From positions 50,902,001 through 50,966,000 of the forward strand of contig NC_043008.1 of assembly GCF_006345805.1 (NCBI RefSeq): a DNA stretch of 64,000 nucleotides. Direction: 5' to 3'. This stretch comes from Octopus sinensis (taxonomy: Eukaryota). The first letter of the stretch is position 1, and each line of letters starts with the position of its first letter. The position numbers and the translations under genes are program-made. Below the pieces are notes generated by a model. The model saw nothing but the letters and a program-made list of their open reading frames with translations, was not told the DNA's origin and did no database searches. This document shows, in pieces, positions 28,045 through 38,669 of this stretch.

Positions 28045-29105
28045 TCTTTCTTTTTCTCTCTCTCTCTCTTTTTTCTGTATTGTTCCAGAAATAACTTTAT
28101 TAAAAGACACACTGCAAAGTGGTTGGCATTACAAAGAATATTCAGCCATAGAAACCTTAACCCAATTCTAACATGGAACACAGTGCCACCTTGTGGCTCA
28201 CTGGACCCTATCAAACCATCAAACTCCTACCAGCATGGAAAAATGGATCTTAACCCTATTGTCACCATATTTATTTTGAGATGCTCTGTGTTTCTTTCAA
28301 TTAATTTTAAATACAACAAAGAATTTTATAAAATAACTTAGTTATCATTAAGTTAGTGTTAGGAACGTAAATTGTGACTAAGGTTTGGTGGAAGATTTTA
28401 ATTCAAAACTTATGAAAACAAGACTTTTGTACTACAGAGCCAGGGGCGGTTTCAGCCGGGTTGGTATCAAAAGGGTTAAACACACCTCTACATTTGGGCT
28501 GATGCACATTAGAAGCAGTTGGAAGGGTGTGGATTGAAGGAAATTTAGGCTATTATTTCTAGCATATAGAGTGACCACACTGAGGTCTCCTTCTCTTATG
28601 TCTTCTGTTGATTATTTTTCTTATCAACCCTTTTGTTACCATATTTCTTAATTTTCATTTTTAGCTGGTGTTAGGAACATAAATTGTGACTAAGGTTTGG
28701 TGGAAGATTTTAGTTCAAAACTTATGAAAACAAGACATTTGTACTTAGAGCCAGAGCTGGTTTCAGTTGGGTTGGTAATGAAAGGGTTAAGAGATGATGA
28801 TGATGATGATGACATCTGATCCTTTAATCTTACTACATTGAAATTGCATTAAAACAAAAATCATAGTCAAATTCTCTTTTTTGATATTTTTGTCTTTTTT
28901 TTCTTTTTCTTTCTTTAATTCTCTAGGTATGACAGCTGGAACAAGTTACTCGAAACAGGTTGTCCAGCATGCCAAGTTATTGCATTGGAGCGGACATTTT
29001 AAACCCTGGAATCGCTTGGCTCAACATTCTGATATCTGGGACAAGTATTTCTTGCCAGATCCAACCCACAAATTTAAACCTATCCGCAGAGCCACCACTG
29101 TGTAA
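2369..29105 (+). CDS. GLT8D1: Glycosyltransferase family 8 domain-containing protein (GLT8D1/GLT8D2-like), 9 coding exons, ~356 aa
   Basis: Hand-spliced join(2369..2393,9133..9231,9772..9952,16464..16581,18819..18906,22395..22495,24103..24269,27827..27939,28927..29105) = 1071 nt. All introns are GT-AG with compatible phases. Motifs: TM segment, [77 protein letters not shown]8D1 versus GLT8D2 orthology cannot be resolved by eye. Confidence 0.92.
2848..3030. mobile_element. hAT-like MITE remnant
   Basis: CAGTG...CACTG termini inside a (TA)n context. Confidence 0.45.
4297..4548. mobile_element. Mutator-like MITE with ~85-bp GC-rich TIRs
   Basis: GGTACTACTT...AAGTCGTACC TIRs and imperfect 9-bp TSD (actttttgg/acttttttt); same family as 59299-59973. 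Confidence 0.75.
5453..5750 (+). mobile_element. tRNA-derived SINE (head 1 plus V-domain-like body)
   Basis: A-box TGGCCCAGTGGTTAGG, B-box GTTTCGATTCC, CTGCGATGGACTAGCGTCC segment, (AAAT)n tail. Related copies at ~35190-35440 and 61105-61400. Confidence 0.75.
5783..6300 (-). mobile_element. 5' end of an RTE-clade LINE (degenerate)
   Basis: The minus strand CCTTGTTATGGCAAGGAGGCTTGTGTTC...GGGAGCTTTGCTCCTGGTAAGGCCACCC resembles the conserved RTE 5'-UTR, followed by a decayed leader ORF. Confidence 0.5.
6632..6986 (+). mobile_element. Helentron-associated (HINE/DINE-1-like) non-autonomous element
   Basis: Sub-terminal inverted repeats ACCTCTGC/GCAGAGGT, (GTTT)n tract, 3' hairpin GCACTC-TCT-GAGTGC, T-rich flanks. 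Partial inverted copy at 23515-23778. Confidence 0.65.
7874..8851 (-). mobile_element. Non-autonomous retroposon-like element with (TAA)n tail and three internal 247-bp tandem units
   Basis: Unit marker CAGCGTATGACCTTG at 8031, 8278 and 8525; (ATT)n on both flanks. Confidence 0.65.
9133..9231 (+). CDS. GLT8D1: GLT8D-like exon 2 (transmembrane anchor [20 protein letters not shown])
   Basis: Acceptor ttttgtacag, donor aaag|gtaaac, 99 nt, phase 1-1, hydrophobic segment. Confidence 0.8.
9772..9952 (+). CDS. GLT8D1: GLT8D-like exon 3
   Basis: ttttatag| ... |gtaagt; encodes [36 protein letters not shown]. Confidence 0.92.
9965..10113 (+). mobile_element. Short Penelope-like pLTR-type element with variant hammerhead core
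   Basis: CUGUAGA-A-GAGC-guag-GCUC-GAAACGUA with stem I CUUU/AAAG; near-identical copy on the - strand at ~32935-33075. Confidence 0.55.
10584..10810 (+). mobile_element. tRNA-derived SINE with Meta-domain-like core (family M)
   Basis: B-box GAGTTCAAATTC and core GCCTTTCATCCTTTCGGGGTCGAT-AAA-TAAGTACCAG. Many copies, e.g. 3530-3700(-), 8870-9085, 21540-21750(-), 45212-45660, 61425-61620, 63120-63990. Confidence 0.8.
11365..13625 (+). mobile_element. 5'-truncated RTE-clade LINE: RT C-terminus plus tandemly multiplied 3' region
   Basis: ORF 11371-11730 MLRWMC...[11 protein letters not shown]...GRGRPRKTW is typical of an RTE C-terminus. The 3' unit is repeated at 11715, 11988, 12359, 12708 and 13064, and ends in a (GAT)n tail. 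Confidence 0.85.
13625..14052. repeat. Long interrupted (TA)n microsatellite
   Basis: About 430 bp of almost pure A/T dinucleotide repeats. Confidence 0.95.
16075..16435 (-). mobile_element. SINE family A, ending just upstream of the exon 4 acceptor
   Basis: Reverse-complement match to 1697-2085. Confidence 0.8.
16464..16581 (+). CDS. GLT8D1: GLT8D-like exon 4
   Basis: tcttttcag| ... |gtgagt; encodes [39 protein letters not shown]. Confidence 0.88.
16715..17133 (-). mobile_element. SINE family M dimer
   Basis: One head plus two bodies joined at GAAATACCTATTTC (16892-16905). Confidence 0.8.
17410..17893 (+). mobile_element. Non-autonomous element sharing the RTE-associated 3' module
   Basis: Repeated GTGCC-GTGGCA-GTAAAAAGCACC sub-units, then GGTTGGCGTTAGGAAGGG...AACCCATG...(GAT)n. 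Related copies at 650-940(-), 22670-22970, 25090-25580(-), 25590-25945, 29735-30037(-). Confidence 0.75.
18819..18906 (+). CDS. GLT8D1: GLT8D-like exon 5 (DxD motif)
   Basis: attttcag| ... |gtaaga; encodes [29 protein letters not shown]. Confidence 0.95.
19209..19349. mobile_element. Mariner-type MITE (~140 bp)
   Basis: Perfect 21-bp IR AGGTTGTCCCAAAAGTTCGTA with TA flanks; TIR resembles that of the mariner at 31196. Confidence 0.8.
19405..19610 (-). mobile_element. Penelope-like pLTR-type fragment with degenerate hammerhead
   Basis: Minus strand CCGAUGA-AGGGAUA...UAUCCUA-GAAAC-AGCU-GUA; same family at 53430-53750. Confidence 0.55.
20455..20952 (+). mobile_element. Penelope-like pLTR-type element with minimal hammerhead variant
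   Basis: CCGACGA-A-GAGC-ucc-GCUC-GAAACGUU at 20833-20859 with stem I GUUU/AAAC; ends in (TA)n. Confidence 0.5.
22395..22495 (+). CDS. GLT8D1: GLT8D-like exon 6
   Basis: tattttcag| ... aag|gtttgt; encodes [34 protein letters not shown]. Confidence 0.92.
22975..23505 (-). pseudogene. Penelope-like element (PLE) RT thumb/linker fragment
   Basis: FLDIMVIK...[36 protein letters not shown]...; downstream IPFLVTHNP and [16 protein letters not shown]; interrupted by stops. Confidence 0.8.
24103..24269 (+). CDS. GLT8D1: GLT8D-like exon 7
   Basis: tttttgtag| ... |gtaggt; encodes [10 protein letters not shown]...[33 protein letters not shown]. Confidence 0.93.
26239..26841 (+). mobile_element. SINE family M trimer (one head, three ~184-bp bodies)
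   Basis: Junctions GAAATAG|GTATTTC at 26472/26473 and 26656/26657. Confidence 0.85.
27827..27939 (+). CDS. GLT8D1: GLT8D-like exon 8
   Basis: ttgatag| ... |gtaagt; encodes [37 protein letters not shown]. Confidence 0.93.
28254..28475. mobile_element. piggyBac-like MITE
   Basis: TTAA|CCCT...AGGG|TTAA. Deleted copy at ~28628-28786, inverted partial copy at ~18110-18320, and another TTAA-type element at ~27400-27750 interrupted by a retroposon tail. Confidence 0.7.
28927..29105 (+). CDS. GLT8D1: GLT8D-like exon 9 (last coding exon)
   Basis: ttctctag|; encodes [28 protein letters not shown]...[18 protein letters not shown], stop TAA at 29103-29105. Confidence 0.95.
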
Positions 29106-31195
29106 CACCACCACCACCACATCACCACTACAGCTGCTATTACTTCTGCAACACCCCCTACACCAACACTTAAACAAGATTCTCCACCCCAGCCCCACCA
29201 TCACCACTCCAATACTGCTTTACATCAAAACAAAAATTCCTTTCTTCTATGTCTGCTGAAAAACATACTCAAGATTGTTTAAAAATGATTTTCAATTTTT
29301 TTTTTTTGCCAAAAAATTTAATTAATATTATCTCTTTTTCTAAAAAAAACCCCAGAAATTTGTTGTGTTTTTGTTATTTTATTCTTATATTTCCTTGTTC
29401 ATGTTTTTTTTTTTGTTGTTTTGATTTTTCTCTGGTTTCTGTCTTTGAGCTGTGGTTATATTGGGACACCACCATCTTCAGTAGTTTTAGCTGATTATAT
29501 TCACTTTGGTACGGCTGCGAAATGCGTAGCCGTATTTCATCTGCTGTTACGTTCTGTGTTCAAATTCCGCCGAGGTTGACTTTGCCTTTCATCCTTTCGG
29601 GGTTGATAAATTAAGTACCAGTTACGCACTGGGGTCGATGTAATCGACTTAATCCGTTTGTCTGTCCTTGTTTGTCCTCTCTGTGTTTAGCCCCTTGTTG
29701 ATAATACAGAAATAGGTATTTTGTCTGGTAATTTTATCATCGTTTAACGTCGTTTTTCCATGCTGGCATGGTTTGGACGGTTCGACTGGGATCTGGGAAG
29801 CCAGGAGGCTGCACCAGTTTCCAGTCTGATCTGGCAGTGTTTCTACAGCTGGGTGCCCTTCCTAACGCCAACCATTCCGAGAGTGTAGTGGGTGCTTTTT
29901 TTATGTGCCACCGACACAGAGCCAGAGGGGATGGCATCGACCATGATTGGATGGTGCTTTTTACATGTCACCGGCACGGAAGCCAGTCAAGGCGGCGCTG
30001 GCATCGGCTGCATTCGGGTGGTGCTTTTTACGTGCCAAAGTAAGAGCAGGAAAAAATTACATAAAAAAAATCATCACAGAATATATATGTCCAAAATAAT
30101 ATTGAATTAATAATAGATTGATGTATAAATATATAAAGTATGTTTATTTAGGCTGTGTGGTAAGTAGCTTGCTTACCAACCACATAGTTCTGGATTCAGT
30201 GCCACTGTGTGGCACCATGGGCAAGTATCTTCTACTATAGCCTCAGGCCGACCAAAGCCTTGTGAATAGATTTGGTAGACGGAAACTGAAAGAAACCCGT
30301 CGTATTTCTGTGTATATATATGCGTGTGTGTGTTTGTGTGTCTGTGTTTGTCTCCCCAACAACCGATGCTGGTGTGTTTACGTCCCCGTCTATTAGCGGT
30401 TCGGCAAAAGTGACTGATAGAATAAGTACTAGGCTTACAAAGAATAAGTCCTGGGGTCAGTTTGCTCGACTAAAGGCAGTGCTCCAGTATGGCCACAGTC
30501 AAATGTTACGCGATTCTCTGAATTCATATATTACTCTACATATGTGCATGTATGTATATATATAAAAAAGGGTAAAATTATTTAATCAATTTATGATTAA
30601 TAATCTTACCAAGTAGTTCGGTATGTTAAAAGAACCATTATCGGTAAACTTATACAAAAATTATTATAATTATAAACTTAATTATAATTAGGGCTTAGCC
30701 CTAATATATATAATCAAGAGTAGGACAGACAACACAACAAGCAGAAATTCAACAAAACACACCATGCGGAAAAATAGACAATAACATAACAAACAGTAAA
30801 CAGGACAAAAACAAGATACACGGATCATTCACAGCCGATTTCCTCTTTGGTCAGTGTCCAGAAAGTCCTTGCAGTTTCTCACTTTTTTTTTTTTTATTAC
30901 CGAGACTGCTCGAATCTGGCAAGTGCCAGAACATTAAGCGTCTGGGAAAAGGAAACGGATGTATACAAGGAGGGAAACAAAAATAAGGAAGCTAGAATTA
31001 TACCTATACAACAGACGAACGCTTTTCGGCTAAGGAAAATAATTGTACATTTACAAATACAAATAAATAAATATCGGAAAAAGGGTCTTTCGTCTATCGG
31101 ACGAACGTAACGCTATGAAATAATAATGCAAGTGCAACAGAAAAAGAATTATACAATGGGCCTTTCGGGTATACAACAACAGGAAAATAATTGTA

Positions 31196-31761
31196 TTGGG
31201 TTGTCCGGAAAGTTTGTGCCGATTTATAGTAAGTTACCTTTCGACTTATTTTAGAACATGGTTGAGTCCATAAAATGGGATTTGACTACACCTCCATTTA
31301 GAGCACAGTTTAAGCTATCTTTTCGTGGATGAAGGTTTATGTTCCTGTAACCTGTGTTAATTCTGTAACCCTTTAAAATGGAAGATAAGAAAGTTCATTT
31401 TTCGGTACTTGATGCTTTGGGAACCAGACAAAAATTGCTGCAGCTCGGCTGGGATGTGTTACCCCACCCTCCATATTCACCCGATATCGCTCCTTCGGAT
31501 TTCCACTTATTCAGGTCTCTGCAGAATAGTCTTAATGGTAAAAATTTCAATTCCTTGGATGACGTAAAAAGATACCTTGATGAATTCTTTGCCATGAAAC
31601 CACCTCAATTCTGGGAAGAGGGTATTTTCAAGTTAAGGAAAGATGGAAACGCATTGTGCAACAAAATGGTTCATATTTGGTTGATTAAAAATGTAATGGC
31701 GAGTATTTATTGACCTTTTTCCTTCCTTTAAAAATCGGCACGAACTTTCCGGACAACCCAA
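31196..31761 (+). mobile_element. Internally deleted mariner transposon (mellifera-subfamily-like)
   Basis: 30-bp TIRs TTGGGTTGTCCGGAAAGTTYGTGCCGATTT (1 mismatch), TA on the left. ORF 31378-31713 fuses the N-terminus MEDKKVHF to LGWDVLPHPPYSPDIAPSDFHLFRSLQN; a frameshift hides KERWKRIVQQNGSY. Confidence 0.92.
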
Positions 31762-31984
31762 AGCAATCACAGCATGAAAACAGAAAGGGTCTTTCGACTA
31801 TAGACGAACGTAGTAAGCTGGCACAAGATAGAGATGAGTATAGTAAAACGAGTGAGTCGCCGCATCGAGTATAAAAATCATTTATTCTCTACGTTGGAAA
31901 CTGTTTCCCTGGCTTCTGACGTGCAACTCAAATTTGATGGTATTTCTTAAATTTCCCGATCTGTATTAGATAATGGAATAAGGT

Positions 31985-32359
31985 GGAAGCACTCTGTCGG
32001 TTACGACGATGAGGGTTCCGGTTGATCCGAAATCAACGGAACAGCCTGCTCGTGAAATTAACGTGTAAGTGGCTGAGCACCCCACAGACACGTGTACCCT
32101 TAACGTAGTTCTCGGAGATATTCAGCGTGACACAGAGAGTGACAAGGCTGACCTCTTTGAAATACAGGTGCAACAGAAATAAGAAGAAAGAGTGAGAGAA
32201 AGTTGTGGTGAAAGAGTACAGCAGAGATCACCACCATCCCCTGCTGGAGTCTCGTGGAGCTTTTAGGTGTTTTCGCTCAATAAACACTCACAACGCCCGG
32301 TCTGGGAATCGAAACCGCGAGTCCGCTGCCCTAACCACTGGGCCATTGCGCCTCCACTT
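31985..32359 (-). mobile_element. Full-length tRNA SINE (head 1 plus body B) with 16-bp TSD
   Basis: TSD GATAATGGAATAAGGT at 31969-31984 and 32360-32375. Confidence 0.88.
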
Positions 32360-32845
32360 GATAATGGAATAAGGTACACGGAAAGGCCAACTGCCTTGTA
32401 ATTTATGTAGTCGTGAGTCCCACGGTGTATTGCTTGAGAATGGAGGCCGCTAGAACGGCAGGACAATATGCGAATGGGAGCTGATGTTACAAGCTTTGCT
32501 TGGCGAAGAAGAGAAACATTCTAGAACATTCACACAATCCGAGTGCTTTCCTAAAATCAAAACGTTTATTATTTCGTTGCTGCCCTTACGAACGGAAATT
32601 CGTTTTGGCAAGGCGGTCGTCCCCCATTTTCGGACTAGAGAACGATAGATATGTAAACACGTACACACAGATGACATCGGTCCATGGGCGGCAATCCCTT
32701 TTCTCGAAAAACGTTATTTTTCAACGCATTTCTTTCCCATTCTTCTTACCAACAACGAGAAAACCAGGGACATATATATATATAACGGGAAGCTTTATGA
32801 AAATAAACAAAAGACGAAGGCAGGTGGAAAACAAACGAACAATTG

Positions 32846-32890
<45 letters not shown>

Positions 32891-33616
32891 ATATATATGT
32901 GTGTGTATCTCTCTCTCTCTCTCTCTATGTATATATAGAGGGAGAGTTTACGAAAAAAAGAACAAAAGGCGTACAAAACAAACAGATGTATTAATATAAC
33001 GCTCAGGAATAGAAAAAGTATTTTATGTTTCGAGCCTACGCTCTTCTACAGAAAGGGACACAGAAAAAAACAGGGAGAGAAAAAAATGTGTGTAGTGGCT
33101 AACGATCTATCATGGCGATTATATATATATATATGTGTGCGCGTGTATGTATGTATATATATAAATATATATATACACACACACACATACGATGGGGTTT
33201 TGTAAAGTTCCTGACTTTGGGGAGAAAATACAGGAGGATCAGTTATGATTTTATTCAACATATACCCTTCTCAGAATCACATATACTAAAGGACCATTGC
33301 AGTGGCCCTTCAGTTTTTATAACCTTTATTAAAGAAATCAGAAGGTCGGGCCTCCAACCAGGTCTTTCGTGATACCCTGAAAACCAAGCACTTTTCAGCG
33401 ACCCCTCGTATATGAGTGTGTGTGTGTGTGTGAAGCTATACGCTTGCTTCCGTCCAGCATGTCAGAAGTGTCGTCAATAGTCGGTGCGAAACCTACGGTA
33501 ACATTTTTAACAATTATGTCATAACCTGTAATATACTGCACGATGATATGTAAAAATATAACCGTTTAATTTTTCTGTTAGAGTGCTTTGTTTTCTGAAA
33601 TATGGACGGCTAAGTG

Positions 33617-33663
<47 letters not shown>

Positions 33664-33741
33664 GGTCCCGGGTTGATTCGGGGTTAACCACAGTAAATAA
33701 GGTATTCAATACATAGCAGAGTAAATTAATTTATTATATAG

Positions 33742-33847
33742 AAGGAGCTTCTACAGGACTAGAACTGTTTCATTCAAGAGAAATCATCAGGAAGCTTCCT
33801 GATGATTTCTCTTGAATGAAACAGTTCTAGTCCTGTAGAAGCTCCTT
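33742..33847. ncRNA. Perfect 106-bp palindrome encoding a type-I hammerhead motif on each strand
   Basis: Centre GAAG|CTTC. CUGAUGA 33799-33805; short stem II UUC-ucuu-GAA; GAAA 33818-33821; stem III ACAG/CUGU; GUA cleavage triplet ending 33837; stem I AGCUUC/GAAGCU. Lies in a ~290-bp element flanked by (TA)n. Confidence 0.7.
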
Positions 33848-33945
33848 ATATATATATAATTTTAATCCAAACGGGAAAACAAAAAAACAACAACAATGGA
33901 ACAATTACAGTATTATTATTAATAGGCGCTCAGGAAATGGAAGCA

Positions 33946-33995
<50 letters not shown>

Positions 33996-34321
33996 CGAAA
34001 ACTGAAAGAAGCCCGACATATATATACACAGATACAAACATATACACATACATACATACATACATAGCCTTGTGAGTGGATTTGGTAGACGGAAACTGAA
34101 AGAAGCCCATCGTATATATATATATATATATATAGGCTTTGGTCGGCCCAAGGCTATAGTAGAAGACACGACACTTGCCAAGATTCCATACAGTGGGACT
34201 GAACCCGGAACCATGTGGTTGGTAAGCAAGCTAATATACATATATATATATACACACATACATACACGCACGCACACGCACGCACACACACACACACACT
34301 TTCACTCTCTCTCTCTCTCTC

Positions 34322-34360
<39 letters not shown>

Positions 34361-35689
34361 GTAGATGTACGCGTGTGCGTAGTTGTGTATGTCTATCTGT
34401 ATTCGTGTGTATATGAATGTGTTGTGCGCATGAATGACGTAGGTTTGCGTGTATATCTGTGTGTGCATGCGTTCAGGTAAGCCCGCGCATGTGTACGAAT
34501 ATATGCGTGTGTGTGTGTGTGTGTGTGTGTTCGTGTGCATCCGCATGTCCTACAAAAAACTTCTCCCCCCCCACCCCCACCTCCATACCGGAGCCAAACT
34601 CATTTTACGCATCAAATGTTGAATGAATATTTAAATAATATTTTGAGAAGAGTTTTCTAATTAAGTTGTGTCAACTGAAGAGCATGATTCGAAGACGTGG
34701 TGCAGAAACGCACATCGATGGCCTTAGGCAAGTCTTTCACTATCTGCTCATGTGTTCATTGTTTGTTTTTTGCTGTTGTTGTTCTTCTTGTTGTTTTAGT
34801 GCTAGGTGAAATGTGATTATTAAAAGCTCCCCAACCATGACATTCACACTCTGTTTTTGTCGTTTTTTTTTTTTGTTCTTTAGCACCAGGTCAAAATTGA
34901 TTTACAAGCATCGAAGTTCAAATGTTTTTCATCAATTATCATCCAGGTGCATGACTCAGTGGTTAGACTGTTGGACTCACGATCGTAAGACTGTGGTTTC
35001 GATCCCTGCATCGGGCAATCCATTGTGTTCTTAAGCAAGACACTTCACTTCAGGTTGCTCCAGCCCACTCAGCTATAGAAATGAGTTTAGCCTGAAGTGG
35101 GGTGGGTCCCACCAGGCTTTCCTACCCATGACACGCTGCATGGCTGCAGCGCCCCAACGACCCCCAAGGAATTAAGGACTTGTTACTGGTATTCCCAGAC
35201 CGGGCGTTGTGTGTGTTTATTGAGCGAAAACACCTAAAGCTCCACGAGCTTTAGGTGGTGGTGGCGACCCCTGCTGTACTCTTTCGCCCCAACTTTCTCT
35301 CACTCTTTCTTCCTGTTTCTTGGGTAACGCTGCGATGGACTGGCGTCCCGTCCAGCTAGGGTTGGGGACACAAACACGCCACAGAAACCAGGCCCATGAG
35401 CCTGGCTAGGCTTGAAAAGGGCGCATAAATAAATAAAAAATCAAATTTGATCATCATGTGTTCTCCAGCCGTGACAATTACCTTTGATAATCATTAGTTT
35501 TCACCATCCTCAGGTTAAAATTGATTGGCAAAGATCAAAGTTCAAATCGTTTCCAACCTTCTCCGTCAGCCTGTTGACGCCAGGTAAAAGCGAATCATCA
35601 ACGGCTCTCCAGCTAAGACTATCACCTCTGGTCTTCTTTTTTTCGTCTCAGGTGAAAATCGATTCATAAATATCGAAGTAATGCAGTTG

Positions 35690-36135
35690 TTGATCCTGGT
35701 GGTGGTGGTGGTGCTGGCGCTGGGTGGGAGTGGGGGTTGAACTTGGTGGCGTTCGTTGTAATGGTGGAGATGGCTGTGGAGATGATGATGACGGTGATAG
35801 TGATGGTTGTAGTGATGTTAGCTGAAGTGGTGGCAGAGGTGGTGGTGGTAGTGGTAATCGTAGCGTCAGCGATGCTTGTAGTGACTGTCATGGTTGTATT
35901 GGTGGTGATGGTAACGTTGTTGTTTGTAGTATTGGTAATGGTTGTAGTGGTGGAGGTCATGATTGTGGTGGTGGAGGTGGAAGTGATGATTGTGGTGGTG
36001 GAGGTGGAGCTGATGGTTGTGGTGGTGGAGGTGATTGTTGTAGTGGTTGATGTGGCAATGGCTGCGTTAGCAATGCTGATCGTGATGTTAGTGGTGATGG
36101 TCGTGGTCAGGTTGGCGGCGATAGCGACGGTGGAG
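35690..36135. repeat. Degenerate (GTG/GTA/ATG)n trinucleotide tract
   Basis: Cryptic triplet repeat that produces spurious poly-V and poly-T ORFs. Confidence 0.8.
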
Positions 36136-36289
36136 GCTTTGAAGTTCTGTAGAACTTAGATTCCTTAAGGCAAGAATTGTTACAAGTATCTGGCACAGCA
36201 GCAAGATTTTAATACACCTTAACACTTGGTTAATAATTCTTACTTATTTGGGCATTGGGCCAATTGTTGCAAAGGAAAAACGAAGGGAT

Positions 36290-36620
36290 CTCTCAACAAT
36301 ACAATCGCGAACGCCCTCGTTGTAGCCCAACGGAAAATGGAACGAACTATGTTCAGCATCACACTGCGGGGAAAGAAAACCAGCGCCTGGATTCGATAGC
36401 ACTCGTGAGTCAACAACATTCATAAGAACCATCAAAGACAACAAATCGTGCGACTGGAGGACAATTAAGAGTGGCGGAATTAACATGAAGACAATGGACG
36501 ACAAGATTAAGAGGCTGACCAAAAGATAAGATGGCGAGATGATCTCACACGCTAACTGGGGCCTACATGAACCCGACTGGCCAGAGACAGATAGCGGTGG
36601 TAGAAGCCCAGGGAGTCCAT
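36290..36620 (+). pseudogene. Degenerate RTE-clade RT C-terminal fragment
   Basis: Translates to LVVAQRKMERTMFSITLR...WIR...WRDDLTR...RLARDR with stops. Confidence 0.6.
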
Positions 36621-36719
36621 AACATTGATGCTATCGTATTTCTTTGCATCACAGCAAGATGAAAAAGACAGCCAACCCGAATGAGTCATGAACTTACAAC
36701 TTATAGAAAAGCTTAAAAT

Positions 36720-37071
36720 CAGGGGTTCTCAACCATTTTTTTTTACCTCTGGGCCCCTTTGATTGTAATTTTATTCTGGTGGGCCCCCATAGCCATTCCG
36801 TATTTAAAAACTAGTTTTGTAGAAACTTCCTTCGAAATCCCTATTTTGTTTTTCACAAATCAACTTGTGTTAGTTGAACAATATAAAATGTTAGAGAAAG
36901 AAAGCTCCCTGTTTCTTGTAATACGTCCCAATACATACATCCAAAGCAAAGTTTTTTCAGGGGCCCTTAAAATACTATTTTGGGTCCTCAATTTACTATT
37001 TTGTTCCGTGGACCCCCCAAAATTTTATATGAATCTTCAGGGACCATACGGACACCGGCTGAGAACCACTG
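36720..37071. mobile_element. hAT-like MITE
   Basis: CAGGGGTTCTCAACC...GGCTGAGAACCACTG with near-perfect 8-bp TSD cttaaaat/ctttaaat. Relatives at ~46544-47236 (split by a SINE) and ~51950-52303. Confidence 0.75.
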
Positions 37072-37299
37072 CTTTAAATAAAATTCTGTTCGTTGAAATG
37101 GCAGTAGGGAAAGTGGCGTAGTTTGAGTGTCTGCCGCCCGAGATAGCCCTTTGGTTTGTCGACCCCATAGGGCCCCCAAGACTATGCAACCTTATACAGC
37201 AGGCTCCAAAAATGCCTTCATACAAGAACATCGTTCCCCTCGAACTGAACTGTATCATTTAAGCTAATTGAATTATACTTGAATCCAATGTTTTACCTT

Positions 37300-37755
37300 A
37301 CTCTTTACTCTTTTACTCTTTTACTTGTTTCAGTCATTTGACTGCGGCCATTAGTCGAGCAAATCGACCCCGGGACTTATTCTTTGTAAGCCCAGTACTT
37401 ATTCTATCGGTCTCTTTTGCCGAACCGCTAAGTGACGGGGACGCAAACACACCAGCATCGGTTGTCAAGCAATGCTAGAGGGACAAACACAGACACACAA
37501 CACACACACAAACAACCAGAACACACACACACACAACACACACACACATTATTATATATATATTATATATATATATATATATACATATATATACGACAGG
37601 CTTCTTTCAGTTTCCGTCTACCAAATCCACTCACAAGGCATTGGTCAGCCCGAGGCTATAGCAGAAGACACTTGCCCAAGATGCCACGCAGTGGGACTGA
37701 ACCCGGAACCATGTGGTTCGTAAGCAAGCTACTTACCACACAGCCACTCCTGCCT
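37300..37755 (-). mobile_element. SINE family A
   Basis: Full-length reverse copy. Other copies at 24300-24685(-), 30150-30505(+), 46735-47150(-), 51065-51535(-), 52972-53422(-), 57500-58185(-). Confidence 0.85.
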
Positions 37756-38154
37756 CATATTTTTTTCATGGTATTTTACCTCACAACTTTTTTGATACCA
37801 ATTTTTGTTACCTGGGACCAAAACTATGAAACTCTTCATGCTTTCTTCTATCATTGAAGCTAAGATAAATATATTTTGTTTTTGAAATAAAAAGTTTGAT
37901 TAGAGGCGCTACTTACTCTACTATAAACGTTGCTACAAATTTTGATGTGAACTTTTTTTCTGCTGGATCAAATCCCATTTTTTTAATGCCAAAATCTAGC
38001 TAGGGACCAGCCCGATCTGTCCGGGCTAAAGGGCGGTGCTCCAGCATGGCCACAGTCAAATGACCGAAACAAGCAGAAGAATACATACATACATACATAC
38101 ATACATACATACATACATACACACATACATACATACATACATACATAAAAAAAA

Positions 38155-38468
38155 GACTCCGCCGGTTACGACGACGAGGGTCCCAGCTGATACGATCAAC
38201 GGAACAGCTTGCTCGTGAAATTAACGTGCAAATGGCTGAGCATTCCACAGACACGTGTACCTTAACGTAGTTCTCGGGGATAATAGCGTGACACAGAGAG
38301 TGACAAGGCTGACCCTTTGAAATACAAGTACAACTCATTTTGCCAGCTGAGTGGACTGGAGCAACGTGAAATAAAGTGTCTGCTCAAGGACACAACGCGT
38401 CGCCGGGAATCGAACTCACAACCTTACGATCATGAGCCGAATGCCCTAACCACTAAGCCACGCGCCTC
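38155..38468 (-). mobile_element. tRNA SINE (head 2 with CORE-like segment plus body B)
   Basis: GGCGCGTGGCTTAGTGGTTAGG...GAGTTCGATTCC...TGTGTCCTTGAGCAGACAC head; 3' body shared with 31985-32165. Confidence 0.75.
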
Positions 38469-38636
38469 ACACATACATATACATACATACACACACACAC
38501 ATACATACACACATACATACATACATACATAACACATACATACATACATACATACATACATACAATACACACACACACACATACATACACACATACATAC
38601 ACACATACATACATACATACATACATACATACATAC

Positions 38637-38669
<33 letters not shown>

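Noticed and set aside
35664-36159. Val-rich and Thr-rich ORFs resembling a membrane protein or mucin
   Set aside because: Cryptic trinucleotide repeat with no splice or homology support.
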